From a virus, in IMG/VR virus record IMGVR_UViG_3300009008_000009, positions 32,001-96,000 of that record: a stretch of 64,000 bases of DNA; one strand, 5' to 3'. Made by a program: the position numbers and the translations under genes. Positions 26,687-36,474 of this stretch are shown here, piece by piece (position 1 is the first letter of the stretch; the number at the start of each line of letters is the position of its first letter). The notes beneath the pieces were generated by a model that had not been told where the DNA came from, searched no databases, and saw nothing but the letters and a program-made list of their open reading frames with translations.

Positions 26687-27523
26687 TCAGATAAGAACTG
26701 GTGACCTCAGTGCCTCGTCAACCATTGCATTTGCACCTCGGCGGTCTACCCCCACCGTTACTAAGTCTTCAACCAGCTCCTCTGGTTCAATACCGTCAGC
26801 GATGTAAGCCTGAAGGGTTCGAATTTCACGGGTGAGAACGTTGTCGTTGGATACTATCCACGTTGCCCCACCGGTAGCATCAAAGGGCCATGCATTAAAT
26901 TCAGCTGTTTTCCCTTTGGTTCGATTGATCTTCCCACCAGCCTTCCGATAGGCCAGAACAACCTTGCCCCAATATAAGTCATCCTGAGGATCAACATCAA
27001 GAAGAGATCGCTTCCAGAGCGAGATGTCGGAAACCCAAGGTGGGGCCTGCATCCGAGACGCCATGGAGGCAAGAATATCACGACGGGTACCATCCTTGCC
27101 GTCGATCTCTCCACCCATTTCTTTGTAGATCTTGGTCACTGTTGCCCAGTACTCATCTGACCCGTCGTCGTCGCCCGCTGCGTCCTTGGCCTCTTCCCAC
27201 TTGGCCTCGTCCTTGACCCATCCGGGGGCCTGCTTCATGAGGGACAGCTTCTTCTTCCGAGCATTAACAAGTTTAACAAACCCATCCTTATCAATGGTGA
27301 CACGGTTGTCTCGATACGCAATGGAAAACGCGTCCTCGACCTCCTCACGGGCTGCACCGGAAAACTCAGCAACATCGTCAACGATGTCCCACAGTATAAC
27401 TGGGACGGCCTTCCTGCGTGAGGAAGATCTACGCACTGCGGCAATGACCTCATCAACCAAGCTCGCGCCTGATCCGTCAACTAACCGGTCGATATCACGA
27501 ACATCAACTCCCGCGCATCTCAT
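26687..27523 (-). CDS. Hypothetical head-region protein with two 'P.WV.D...W......YW..V...Y...GG' repeats
   Basis: QAPGWVKDEAKW..EYWATVTKIYKEMGG and QAPPWVSDISLW..LYWGKVVLAYRKAGG. Confidence 0.65.
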   Translation of the reverse strand: MRCAGVDVRDIDRLVDGSGASLVDEVIAAVRRSSSRRKAVPVILWDIVDDVAEFSGAAREEVEDAFSIAYRDNRVTIDKDGFVKLVNARKKKLSLMKQAPGWVKDEAKWEEAKDAAGDDDGSDEYWATVTKIYKEMGGEIDGKDGTRRDILASMASRMQAPPWVSDISLWKRSLLDVDPQDDLYWGKVVLAYRKAGGKINRTKGKTAEFNAWPFDATGGATWIVSNDNVLTREIRTLQAYIADGIEPEELVEDLVTVGVDRRGANAMVDEALRSPVLI

Positions 27524-27876
27524 TCCTCAGCCTCACTTTCCACGTACTTTTCAAGCAAGTACGCCACCACCTCTTCGGCGTTTGTAATGTCTGTTTCCCA
27601 GTTTCCACGAACTTCGACGTAGACTGGAAGATTGACCTTCACACTTGCATACTCAAGGTAGTCCGGGTCAGAGTAAGTCTTCTTGACCCGATTATACTCA
27701 CCGTCACCAGCGGGAATGTTAGCCCACACAGTCGGACGCTCGAACAGGAGCTTGCAAATCTTCTCGCCCTGCTTGCTGGTGGACGCCCACACTGGTGCGT
27801 CACCGACCTTGTGAACTACAACCCCCAGCGGCTTGGTACGCGGAGTTTCATTGAGTACAACAAAGTGCCAGATCAT
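27520..27876 (-). CDS. Hypothetical protein
   Basis: 118 aa, ATGA overlaps on both sides. Confidence 0.65.
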   Translation of the reverse strand: MIWHFVVLNETPRTKPLGVVVHKVGDAPVWASTSKQGEKICKLLFERPTVWANIPAGDGEYNRVKKTYSDPDYLEYASVKVNLPVYVEVRGNWETDITNAEEVVAYLLEKYVESEAEE

Positions 27877-30800
27877 TCCTCCTCCTCGCCGCCCTGCCGA
27901 TATTCCTTGCCGTCAAAGACATGGTCACGGAGAAGCTCGTACATGTTATTGTCCAAGAACTCCAGCTTGTAGGAGTCGGTCTGGTATAGACTGTAAGACT
28001 CAATGAAGTACTCCTCGGCGCTGGTGGCAGCATTTGGATTGATAAACCCAACACCCTCACCAGATCGCGGAGCACCTATGAGCTCAATTCCATCGTCCTC
28101 TATGCGCATGCTCTGCAGCGCAATCTTGGAATCGTAAAGATCGTTTACGGTATCCTGTGCCTCGCTGGCCAAGTCAACAAACTCGCGGCGGGCGCGTTCC
28201 TTTACCACAAACCACGACGGGTCGTCCTCATAGAATGAGAACCCACTGATCAGCAAGCCGTCGTCGGTCTCGTATGATGAAATGTTGCCCCGCTGCGTCT
28301 CGCGAAGCTCATCAAGCTCAACATCGATGCGTAGGTCGGATGGTGGCTTGCCATCACGCTCTTCAATCTCGTCCAGAATGCGCTGTCGTTCCTTCTCAGC
28401 CCACGCACGTGTATCTACGATGTCAGGCACAACGTTAATCGAGGTGTCCTCGATTGGATTCTCCTTAAGGGCCAGCGCGATATCGTCAAGGAGCTCGGTC
28501 GGCACAGACTCAACCGTGGTGCTGCCCTCAGAAACGGTGCCGGTGTTTTCGAACTCAGCCCCCGGAGGTGGAATGAAGTCGTCCCATTCAGCGAATCCAA
28601 CAACTGGCTCGTAACTACCACGACAGTTTGGATGGCCTTCAAACTCCTTCGTCTCTGGGTTCTGGATCAGTGGATACTCAAGCTCAAGAACCTTGGAGAG
28701 ATCAAACTCGAGACCGTCCACCGACCGGCAGTAATCACAAGTCCTGAAGTCCTTTATCTCACGGCGAATGACCTTCTTCACCCCAGCGTCGTACCACTCT
28801 TGAAGCGCAGCCTTGCTGTAGATGTTCATCGTCTCGGTCCGGACGATGCGCTGGTAGATGTTACGCTGGTCGTTCCATACCTCGCCAAGACGGTCTGAAA
28901 GCTCCTCCTCGCTCAGCTTCTCGAAGTCCGGATCGTCGAACTCCTTAAACAGCGCCCGGGTGATATCCTCGATGGGCTCGTCAGCCTTGCTGTGCAACAT
29001 CTCTCGAATGCGGGAAATCACCTCTTCGGATACAGTGGAAACGTTCTGAAGCGCACGGTCGACTGCAGCATCCAAGTTTCGCTGGCGCTGGTCATCGAAC
29101 GCCGCCCGCTTGGCGGAAAGGTAACGGCGACCTCGTCTGGACCTACGCAGGGCCTTAACAACCGTGTCCTGTGCCTTCTCGTAGATGCTCCGGATACGGG
29201 TGGCAAAGTCTGCACCCCCCTCTTCGGAAACGTCGTCCAAGTTGTCACGGAACGCGTGCTCCAAGTCCTCAATGCGGATGTGACCACGTTCTTTCCATCG
29301 ATCAAGCAATCTGGATACGAAGTCTTCTTGCTTCTTATCGAAGGTGTCGATGAGGTTATTCTCGGCGGCAAGGACATCAGACTGGGATGACTTATCCATC
29401 CGGGATGTCATCAGCTTGGTCTGCCAGTCGTTCATCGAGTCCATGTGATCGTCGAGACGAAGTATCTGTGCTCGGAATGATCTACGGTGAACGGTGGGGA
29501 GCTTGGCACGCTTATGGTTAAGCTCAGCTCGCCGTGACTTTCCCGGCGTCTTCTTAGCCCCCGACTCTGTGACGTTCTCGCCAGACTCACCACCCACCGG
29601 AGCCTGCGTTCCCGGCTCCTTTGGCGGTGATGGTGACGTGGGTGGTGGAACTCCGCCACCACTCTCTGATTCTGGTACGTCGGGTGGGGCTGGTGCGGAT
29701 GACTCATCGCTGTCCATCGTCACACCAGCAGGGTCTTCCTTACCCTCATCAACCTTCTCAACATCCTGCTCTTCCTTCGGAAGGAATGTGGACTTCAAGG
29801 TCTTCAATATATCCCTAAAGCCTTCGAGTGCGGTACGTCCCGCAGTGGAGAAGTACTGCTTTCTGGCCTCACCAAGATTGCGGTCGGCCAGAGTACCCTG
29901 CTCCTTATCAAGCCATGTCAGGGCCTCATCGTAGTCAACGTCAAGTGCGTCACAAACAATCTTGAGTGGTAAGTCGCCCCGGTCACGGAGCTGGATCAGT
30001 GAAGATCGAATTGACGCATCGTCAGTCAGGTTCTGTTTATGACGCCAGTTGAAGTCCGGAACGACCGGCTCTTGCACCTCCGTCCTCACCTTGTGGTCAA
30101 GGTCGGCGGACTTTCGTACGTAAAAGTCGTTAGCCAGCGCTGTGGGTAGGAAGACTTTACGCTTGTACACATCTTCCATCATGTTGCGGATCACCAAGTA
30201 CCGTGACATCAGCGTCCGAAGTGCAACACTGGCTGTAGCGAAGTTCGGACCTTCCCCGGAAGTCAACGACTTATTCGTAAACAGTCGCGTCATGATCCGT
30301 TTGTCAATGGCGTCCAGCTCGGGGTTGATTGGCAGTACCTTACCCGTCGACCCAATCACATCGGTGGAAACAGCGTGGTGGGTTATGATGGTAAACATCG
30401 GGTCGTTGTTCGCGGCCAGTAAAAGATCTCGGAAGTTCTGAAGGTCGTTATTAGTCGGCATGTACCCGTCAGGGCCGGGTGTTCCGAGCTTCCACACCCA
30501 CTTCGGGGTGATGTGCCCCTGTGCGATTGCGTTCTGGGCCAGCCGGAGGGTATCACCGTAGAGTAAGTCCTTGATGATCCCCAAGATAATCGACGTGCCT
30601 CGCAAGTCCCACGGCATTGCGCGGTTAGCGACCAGTTCGGTGGAGAAGGAATCGAGCTCTACGTTGACCCCGCTGTTAACAGCGAACCGCACCTCAGGGT
30701 GAATGAGCTCAGCAACCCGACGATCATAGGGGTCGTCCGACTTAACCAAGTTCCGCAGAGGTGCGTCTGGGGCCAGCTCGTAGTGCTCAGCTGGTTCACC

Positions 30801-31391
30801 ATCGTCAGAGTGAGCAAGATAATGACCAACAACCCGAACGTAGGCTGTATTAATGAAAGTCTGATCTACAAATCGATTATAGTCTTCAGACCACCACGAG
30901 TACGGCATCACCTCGCCGAACAACCACCAGCACTTGAGAAAGTTATAGAGGTTGTCAAGCAAGTTCATGTCGTCTGCCATGGTCTCATAGGTGTTCAATA
31001 TCTCCGGGTCTTCAACACCAGTAAGAGAGAATCGTGACAGTGGAAGCTGAGAGTGAATCTCGATAGCGTTACCAACCAGTGGATGAAACTTGAAGTAGTA
31101 TTCAATCCACTCCATTAACACCGGATTCGGATCTCCAACAGTTCCGGGCTGCTGGGGAATGTAAAAGTTGTCAACGTTTAAACGAGGGTCTTTGATTGGT
31201 GGTAGGAGATTCTGAATGTCAGCTGACGCAGTGCTACTCATACCGGCCACAAGACCACCAGCCCCGGGGCGAGACGGTACATGGACTCCGGCTTTATCAA
31301 ACACACCACGAGATGAATCGGCGCCTACCCGGGCATTGCGCTCTATCACATCCTTCTGTGGAAACGGGCGTTTTTCATCACCCATAGTCAA
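27873..31391 (-). CDS. Portal protein fused to a MuF (Mu gpF/SPP1 gp7-like) head morphogenesis domain
   Basis: Downstream of terminase; N-half portal-like (HPLVGNAIE, GTSII, KWVWKLG); RIVRTET, RTCDYC, HPNCRG MuF signature. Confidence 0.8.
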   Translation of the reverse strand: MTMGDEKRPFPQKDVIERNARVGADSSRGVFDKAGVHVPSRPGAGGLVAGMSSTASADIQNLLPPIKDPRLNVDNFYIPQQPGTVGDPNPVLMEWIEYYFKFHPLVGNAIEIHSQLPLSRFSLTGVEDPEILNTYETMADDMNLLDNLYNFLKCWWLFGEVMPYSWWSEDYNRFVDQTFINTAYVRVVGHYLAHSDDGEPAEHYELAPDAPLRNLVKSDDPYDRRVAELIHPEVRFAVNSGVNVELDSFSTELVANRAMPWDLRGTSIILGIIKDLLYGDTLRLAQNAIAQGHITPKWVWKLGTPGPDGYMPTNNDLQNFRDLLLAANNDPMFTIITHHAVSTDVIGSTGKVLPINPELDAIDKRIMTRLFTNKSLTSGEGPNFATASVALRTLMSRYLVIRNMMEDVYKRKVFLPTALANDFYVRKSADLDHKVRTEVQEPVVPDFNWRHKQNLTDDASIRSSLIQLRDRGDLPLKIVCDALDVDYDEALTWLDKEQGTLADRNLGEARKQYFSTAGRTALEGFRDILKTLKSTFLPKEEQDVEKVDEGKEDPAGVTMDSDESSAPAPPDVPESESGGGVPPPTSPSPPKEPGTQAPVGGESGENVTESGAKKTPGKSRRAELNHKRAKLPTVHRRSFRAQILRLDDHMDSMNDWQTKLMTSRMDKSSQSDVLAAENNLIDTFDKKQEDFVSRLLDRWKERGHIRIEDLEHAFRDNLDDVSEEGGADFATRIRSIYEKAQDTVVKALRRSRRGRRYLSAKRAAFDDQRQRNLDAAVDRALQNVSTVSEEVISRIREMLHSKADEPIEDITRALFKEFDDPDFEKLSEEELSDRLGEVWNDQRNIYQRIVRTETMNIYSKAALQEWYDAGVKKVIRREIKDFRTCDYCRSVDGLEFDLSKVLELEYPLIQNPETKEFEGHPNCRGSYEPVVGFAEWDDFIPPPGAEFENTGTVSEGSTTVESVPTELLDDIALALKENPIEDTSINVVPDIVDTRAWAEKERQRILDEIEERDGKPPSDLRIDVELDELRETQRGNISSYETDDGLLISGFSFYEDDPSWFVVKERARREFVDLASEAQDTVNDLYDSKIALQSMRIEDDGIELIGAPRSGEGVGFINPNAATSAEEYFIESYSLYQTDSYKLEFLDNNMYELLRDHVFDGKEYRQGGEEEE

Positions 31392-31396
31392 GCACC

Positions 31397-31861
31397 TCAG
31401 TTGACCTTATAGGGGTCCATGTGGTCACGAAGATTGGCCTTGCCGAACATCCACTTCCTCACCCCGACTTCAGTGAATCCACGAACTTGACCAATGTTAT
31501 CCTCAAAGAGAGGAGGGGTATACACATGGTCAGCGTCGAAGCGAAGGATAAGAAATGCGTCCTTGGTAAAGTCCATACGAATCGGGCTCACACGAAGTGA
31601 CACATGTATCTCACCAGCAATAGCCACACCGTCCGATGAAAGCTCGCTGATCTTGATTTTCTTAATGTTGAGCTTACCTGTGTGTACAAACTTCCGATGA
31701 GGCTTAAATGCCGCACGGGCAGCCTTCGATGTAAGAAGTAAGGTTTGCTCGTCAATAGCACTGGCTTCAGAAACTCCGGGCATCGCGCTATCCCTCTCGA
31801 ATAACTCGCTCGACGTCGGCTGCGTCAAACCCAAACTCCATCGCGACAATCTTAGCAACAT
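31397..31861 (-). CDS. Hypothetical protein (start probably MPGV)
   Basis: ORF between terminase and portal. Confidence 0.55.
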   Translation of the reverse strand: MLLRLSRWSLGLTQPTSSELFERDSAMPGVSEASAIDEQTLLLTSKAARAAFKPHRKFVHTGKLNIKKIKISELSSDGVAIAGEIHVSLRVSPIRMDFTKDAFLILRFDADHVYTPPLFEDNIGQVRGFTEVGVRKWMFGKANLRDHMDPYKVN

Positions 31862-32282
31862 GTGAAATGAATTCGTCGTCCTGCCGCCAATCGTCGATCA
31901 AAAGATCTTCTCCACGCAAGTCTGCCTCGGCCTGCGTGACCGCTCGACGGATATGAGAGTCAGATGCGTCCTTGACGATGTCTCGCTTACTGGAAGCTCG
32001 ACCTATCTGGGAGTGACTCACCACTACTGTGTCACCGCGTCGCTGCGCTTCCTTGCCGAATCCAGATAGATCACCGGAAAGGTCGGCCTCTGTGACCCCA
32101 GCGATCAGCTCGTCTGCTTCATCGTCAGACGCTACCCGGACGGTGGTGTTTGCTGCAATGCGCTTGAGCTGCCCACCAACCCGAACAGTCTGGGTTGGAA
32201 CCTCGGCACGTGGGTCGTTACGGTCAAGAAAACCGTCGTCCCCCCTGTCTCCGATGGACTTATTTACAAATGAGGGCATCAC
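31788..32282 (-). CDS. Hypothetical protein
   Basis: 164-aa ORF. Confidence 0.6.
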   Translation of the reverse strand: MMPSFVNKSIGDRGDDGFLDRNDPRAEVPTQTVRVGGQLKRIAANTTVRVASDDEADELIAGVTEADLSGDLSGFGKEAQRRGDTVVVSHSQIGRASSKRDIVKDASDSHIRRAVTQAEADLRGEDLLIDDWRQDDEFISHVAKIVAMEFGFDAADVERVIREG

Positions 32283-32815
32283 TAGCTCCCTTCGTATCGA
32301 ACAACATCCTTAAGAGTGTAGGCACCACTACGGTATAGCTTAATGGCTTCCTGCGACTTACGGATGATGTAAACGTATATCTCAGCGTCAGTCATATCGA
32401 GCTCGTGTCCGACTAAGGGCTGAACATCCTTCATCTCACCGGACTCAAGCAACGAAATGATGTTTGAGTTTGCCGGAGTTCCCTTCGTGAGCTTGACCTT
32501 GAGCTCTTCCAGCCTGAAGTCAAGTTCCCGAAGTGAGGCGGAGACCCAAGAATCGAATGTATCGCTCTGGCTCCACTTCGGGCTACCAGCAAGAATAAAG
32601 TCCCGTTCGGTCTTGTACAGGAGCTCTTTACCCTGCCCCTTTTGAATCGCAGCCAGAAAGTTTTCATGCAATTCAAAGAGATAGGCAAGGTCGTCCCACT
32701 TCTGTGCGGCAGCACGTAAAAGTGGATCTACTGCTTCCGCAGAAATCGACTGCACTTCGGTGGTATCCCCGTTGACACTACTAACTATTCGTTTACCGTC
32801 TGGCCCGTAAAGCAT
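32282..32815 (-). CDS. Hypothetical protein
   Basis: 177 aa, GGAGGT RBS. Confidence 0.65.
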   Translation of the reverse strand: MLYGPDGKRIVSSVNGDTTEVQSISAEAVDPLLRAAAQKWDDLAYLFELHENFLAAIQKGQGKELLYKTERDFILAGSPKWSQSDTFDSWVSASLRELDFRLEELKVKLTKGTPANSNIISLLESGEMKDVQPLVGHELDMTDAEIYVYIIRKSQEAIKLYRSGAYTLKDVVRYEGS

Positions 32816-32872
32816 GAACTACCTCCATTACAGAATGATAGACCTGCTCATTGGTTTCTGTGCCTGAGCAGA

Positions 32873-34912
32873 CTATAGTCTCACCCCACTCGGTAACGCC
32901 GTACCTCCCCCGCCACCTTCCTGTACAGAAGTCCCCTTAGTTATCTGTCGAATGAGGTCAGGTGACGCCATCCGAGGAACAGGACTAGACGCATTACCCG
33001 GGGCCGGTGGTGTTGGACTTGGTCCGGATGGAGTCGCTGCTACGTTCGAGAACGGGGCTGATGGAACTACCATCCCACCTGTAACACCCACCACCCGATT
33101 ATTGTCCTGCATTAGTCCACGGGACGCACGACGATTGGGCTCCTGCCCCACCAGCATCTTGACTACACCAACATGACTATCAGCCGAGTCCTGAAGGTGT
33201 AGTGGCTTCTTGATCGGTTTCTGCTTCGCACTACCCGTCCTGACTAAATTGACTAACTGAGCTGGCCCAATAGTCTCTGCAAGAAAGTCCATCCCACCAA
33301 TGTAGGTCTGTCTCTTTAATAAGTCGTAGTCGTCAAGGTTGATGTTGTGCTTCTCTGCGATGATCCCCTTACGTCGGAAGCGCTCAAGCAGTTCAGCGGA
33401 GTTCCACTGGTCAGCGCCAGCAGCAACCACCTTCACATACCCGGGAATGGTATCAACCATGATAGATTCAATGTTGCTAACAGAAACCTGCACGCCAAAC
33501 TTAGGATCGGGACGCCAAACCAGCTCGTCATCAATCACAACTACGTTAACCGATACAACCTCACCTGAGAATAACTTGATTGTTCGCTGCTCATAATGGG
33601 CGATCACCACCACCGCGTCACAGTACATCTCAGCGTTATCCAGCCACATCACCCGACGCACACTGAATCTTTCGTACTGGGTCTTTGCGGCACACCCGAT
33701 TATGCGCTTGCAAAGGTACTTTGTAACCTTGCCGTCAGGTGTTTGAACGTGGTCAATGTAGTCTTCGGTCCTGAACAACCGAGGTCGGAAGCTCGGGGAA
33801 TTGGGATCAGTAGACGAAATGTGCGAGTAAACGTGGTCCGGGTACTCAATCCAAGCGCCGGATGTCTTCGGTGGAATGCAGAGGTACTTGGTCATCGAGT
33901 CTTCAGGACGTTGTACAAAGTCCTCTCGGTACTCTACCGGAACCTCAATCCCTACGTTGTCAATCCCAAAGAAGGTGTCCAACCGTGGGTGCCGGAAAAC
34001 GAAGGTCTCTCCGGAGTATATGTGCATACCCTTCGACTGCCACGGGTAGGCCAGCGAAGCGACAACTCCAGCCCCTTCAGGAGTTTGAGACAACTTATAC
34101 AGGTCAAGAATTATGTCGCCCTCTTCCTGACGTGGGTAAGAGAACACCAGCCCCATACCTTTAAAGGTCTTAGTCTGTCGGGAAGTTACCGATGTACGGG
34201 CGGTGTTGAAGATGGCCCAGCCCTGCTCCAGCTCCTTGGCGCTGGTAAACCCAGATATCTCATCGAGGTTGAACAGAACCGGGTTGTACCCCTCCCAGCT
34301 TTCGTTCTCCGTCGTTTCCGCTAAGCAGTGAATGTTCTTCGGAAACTTGGCCTCGTCCTGCGTAACGACAACCTTTCCCCGGACCTTATTGCGACGCTTA
34401 ACCTTGCTGTGCCACTGCCCTTTATACGCAATATCAAACCGGTCTCGAAACCAGCGACTTCGCAGCAGCCAGTTACGGAAGTACGTGAAGAAGATCTCCT
34501 GCGCCTGTCGCCCCTTCTTGGCTACATTGATAATGTGAAGGGTAGATGCTGACTTGACGCCGAACAGATACTCCTGAGGAGATCGCATACATAGGAGAAC
34601 GTACACGACATAGAGTGAAATTCGGGAGGCGACCTCGTCCTTACCACCCCCCTTGCCGTACACCATAACCAAGATCGAATTCTCACGGGAAGGATCGAAC
34701 ATCTTCTTTGGATCGTTCCCGATGAGCAGTTCCGCGTCTTGGTACTGTCTGTCCGAAAGAGAGAAGGCGTCCAAGAACGCACCGGACTCACAAAACTCCC
34801 GGAACGTAACTGGGTCTTCCTCCCAGATCATAGAGTCCGCGCCGGTCTCAGCGGCGTGAACATCTGGGAATTGGAGTTGAGTTCGCCGTTCTATTTCTTC
34901 GAGTGCGGCCAT
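32873..34912 (-). CDS. terL: Terminase large subunit
   Basis: Walker A-like YGKGGGKD, Walker B FNLDEISGF, SYPR coupling motif, RNase H-like DQWNS and QDSAD. Confidence 0.85.
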   Translation of the reverse strand: MAALEEIERRTQLQFPDVHAAETGADSMIWEEDPVTFREFCESGAFLDAFSLSDRQYQDAELLIGNDPKKMFDPSRENSILVMVYGKGGGKDEVASRISLYVVYVLLCMRSPQEYLFGVKSASTLHIINVAKKGRQAQEIFFTYFRNWLLRSRWFRDRFDIAYKGQWHSKVKRRNKVRGKVVVTQDEAKFPKNIHCLAETTENESWEGYNPVLFNLDEISGFTSAKELEQGWAIFNTARTSVTSRQTKTFKGMGLVFSYPRQEEGDIILDLYKLSQTPEGAGVVASLAYPWQSKGMHIYSGETFVFRHPRLDTFFGIDNVGIEVPVEYREDFVQRPEDSMTKYLCIPPKTSGAWIEYPDHVYSHISSTDPNSPSFRPRLFRTEDYIDHVQTPDGKVTKYLCKRIIGCAAKTQYERFSVRRVMWLDNAEMYCDAVVVIAHYEQRTIKLFSGEVVSVNVVVIDDELVWRPDPKFGVQVSVSNIESIMVDTIPGYVKVVAAGADQWNSAELLERFRRKGIIAEKHNINLDDYDLLKRQTYIGGMDFLAETIGPAQLVNLVRTGSAKQKPIKKPLHLQDSADSHVGVVKMLVGQEPNRRASRGLMQDNNRVVGVTGGMVVPSAPFSNVAATPSGPSPTPPAPGNASSPVPRMASPDLIRQITKGTSVQEGGGGGTALPSGVRL

Positions 34913-35598
34913 TAGGTTATCTTAGTAGTTGGAACACCAAAGTCGTGACCGATCTTCTTCCAGCCGTCTTTAAACCCCTGCAAAACACGCTGCTTATCCT
35001 CGTCGCGCAGGGCCGGGGTGAACTCTGAATATACTAACTCTACCACGGCCTGTAGCAAGTCACCCATACGTTCGCCGAAGTCGTGGGCCTTCTGGTACTC
35101 CTCAACATGCTCCCGGTACGCCCGAATCTCCTTAGTGAACTGGGTGATCTTCGGAGATAGACTGACCATTTGACGTGAAAGAACGATCCTGAGTTCTGGT
35201 TCGATATCCTCTGATGCCGCATCCTTCTTAAGACCTACCATCATCTCATCGAGTCCCTTCAAGTGGGACTCAAGGAGACGAATCATCTGGTTATTGTACT
35301 CAAGAGAATCGGCAACCTTACCAAATAACTCGGTGTCGTAAATGCCGGAAAGAACACCACCTTCCCCCTCCTGAGTTGTTTTCTCAATTGCCTGCCGTAC
35401 AATCTCAGGGTAGTAGTTCTGCATCCACGAACGAATTGTAGGGATCGAAAATGTAGCTTCTTTGCCAAAGCGAGAGATCAGCCGTTTCTGAATTTTACCG
35501 GGGGACATGCGTGGGTCACCAGAAAGCCAAATGGTAATGACCCCTGCGTGCCCAGAGTTTTGTATAGCTGCTCCATGCAGTTGCTTTGGACGTGGCAT
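34912..35598 (-). CDS. Putative terminase small subunit
   Basis: N-terminal HTH-like segment plus helical C-terminus; directly upstream of terL. Confidence 0.45.
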   Translation of the reverse strand: MPRPKQLHGAAIQNSGHAGVITIWLSGDPRMSPGKIQKRLISRFGKEATFSIPTIRSWMQNYYPEIVRQAIEKTTQEGEGGVLSGIYDTELFGKVADSLEYNNQMIRLLESHLKGLDEMMVGLKKDAASEDIEPELRIVLSRQMVSLSPKITQFTKEIRAYREHVEEYQKAHDFGERMGDLLQAVVELVYSEFTPALRDEDKQRVLQGFKDGWKKIGHDFGVPTTKIT

Positions 35599-35600
35599 TA

Positions 35601-36227
35601 TTAGTCTCGGTTTACAACGATGCCTCGTGACTTGAACTCCAGTACGTTATCCGCACTGTCGGCCAGTGGAGGTTCGTGAGATACGATGATCAGCTGGTCC
35701 AGCATGTCATTCGACAAACGCCGGGCCAGCTCGGCAGCACGGGGAAGATCCTCCGTGGCCACCTGACTGAATGGTTCGTCGAGTACAATTGGGCCTTGAA
35801 TGTCAAGCATCCGGAACAGGCAAACTCGTAATAGAAATGCGGCAATATCTACCATACCGCCGCCGATGGATTCAAACACTGGTCCGGGGGCGGGGTTACT
35901 ACCGTACATGAAGGCAAAGTGGACCTCGATACGGTCGCCCCGACGTTCGAACTCGGTCTGGAATCCAAGATTACCATCATCAAACACAGTCTGAAGTCCG
36001 GTCGTCACAATCTTATCTATCTGCTCTCGGACCATTTCACGAGCCTGTGTGGAAAGAGACTCGAGAATGACCAGTGCCATCTCGTCGACCTTGATCGACT
36101 TCTCGTACCCATCGCGACGGCTTTCAAGGTCATGGAGTTTTCTCACCCGTTCCTTGTGAGCACCAAGGTCAGTTAAATACCGGTCCCGGCTGTTCCTGTA
36201 GCTCCTGAGAATTGAGTCATGACTCAT
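35601..36227 (-). CDS. SbcC/Rad50-like C-terminal half (ABC signature plus Walker B)
   Basis: SIGGGMVDI, IVLDEPF, IIVSH. Confidence 0.85.
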   Translation of the reverse strand: MSHDSILRSYRNSRDRYLTDLGAHKERVRKLHDLESRRDGYEKSIKVDEMALVILESLSTQAREMVREQIDKIVTTGLQTVFDDGNLGFQTEFERRGDRIEVHFAFMYGSNPAPGPVFESIGGGMVDIAAFLLRVCLFRMLDIQGPIVLDEPFSQVATEDLPRAAELARRLSNDMLDQLIIVSHEPPLADSADNVLEFKSRGIVVNRD

Positions 36228-36474
36228 CGGAGCGGTACTCCTCTGGGATCTCAGCCTCGATTTCGTTCAGTAGTCGCTCGGCTTCACTCTCAGCGTTCTC
36301 AATAGCGGCTGGGAGATCTTTCACATTCGTAACTCCGAGCTTCTTAGCATCTTCGACCTTAACCTTCCTCTGCTCACGCAAAGTCCGAACGCGCTCTTCG
36401 GCGGCTGCGGTGTCTTTAGTAAGCTGGTCCCGTGTCTCCTTGAGATCTGCCAGCTTTTTGTCTGCTCCGTTCAT
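36217..36474 (-). CDS. Small coiled-coil protein
   Basis: Heptad-rich 85 aa within the sbc cluster. Confidence 0.6.
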   Translation of the reverse strand: MNGADKKLADLKETRDQLTKDTAAAEERVRTLREQRKVKVEDAKKLGVTNVKDLPAAIENAESEAERLLNEIEAEIPEEYRSDES

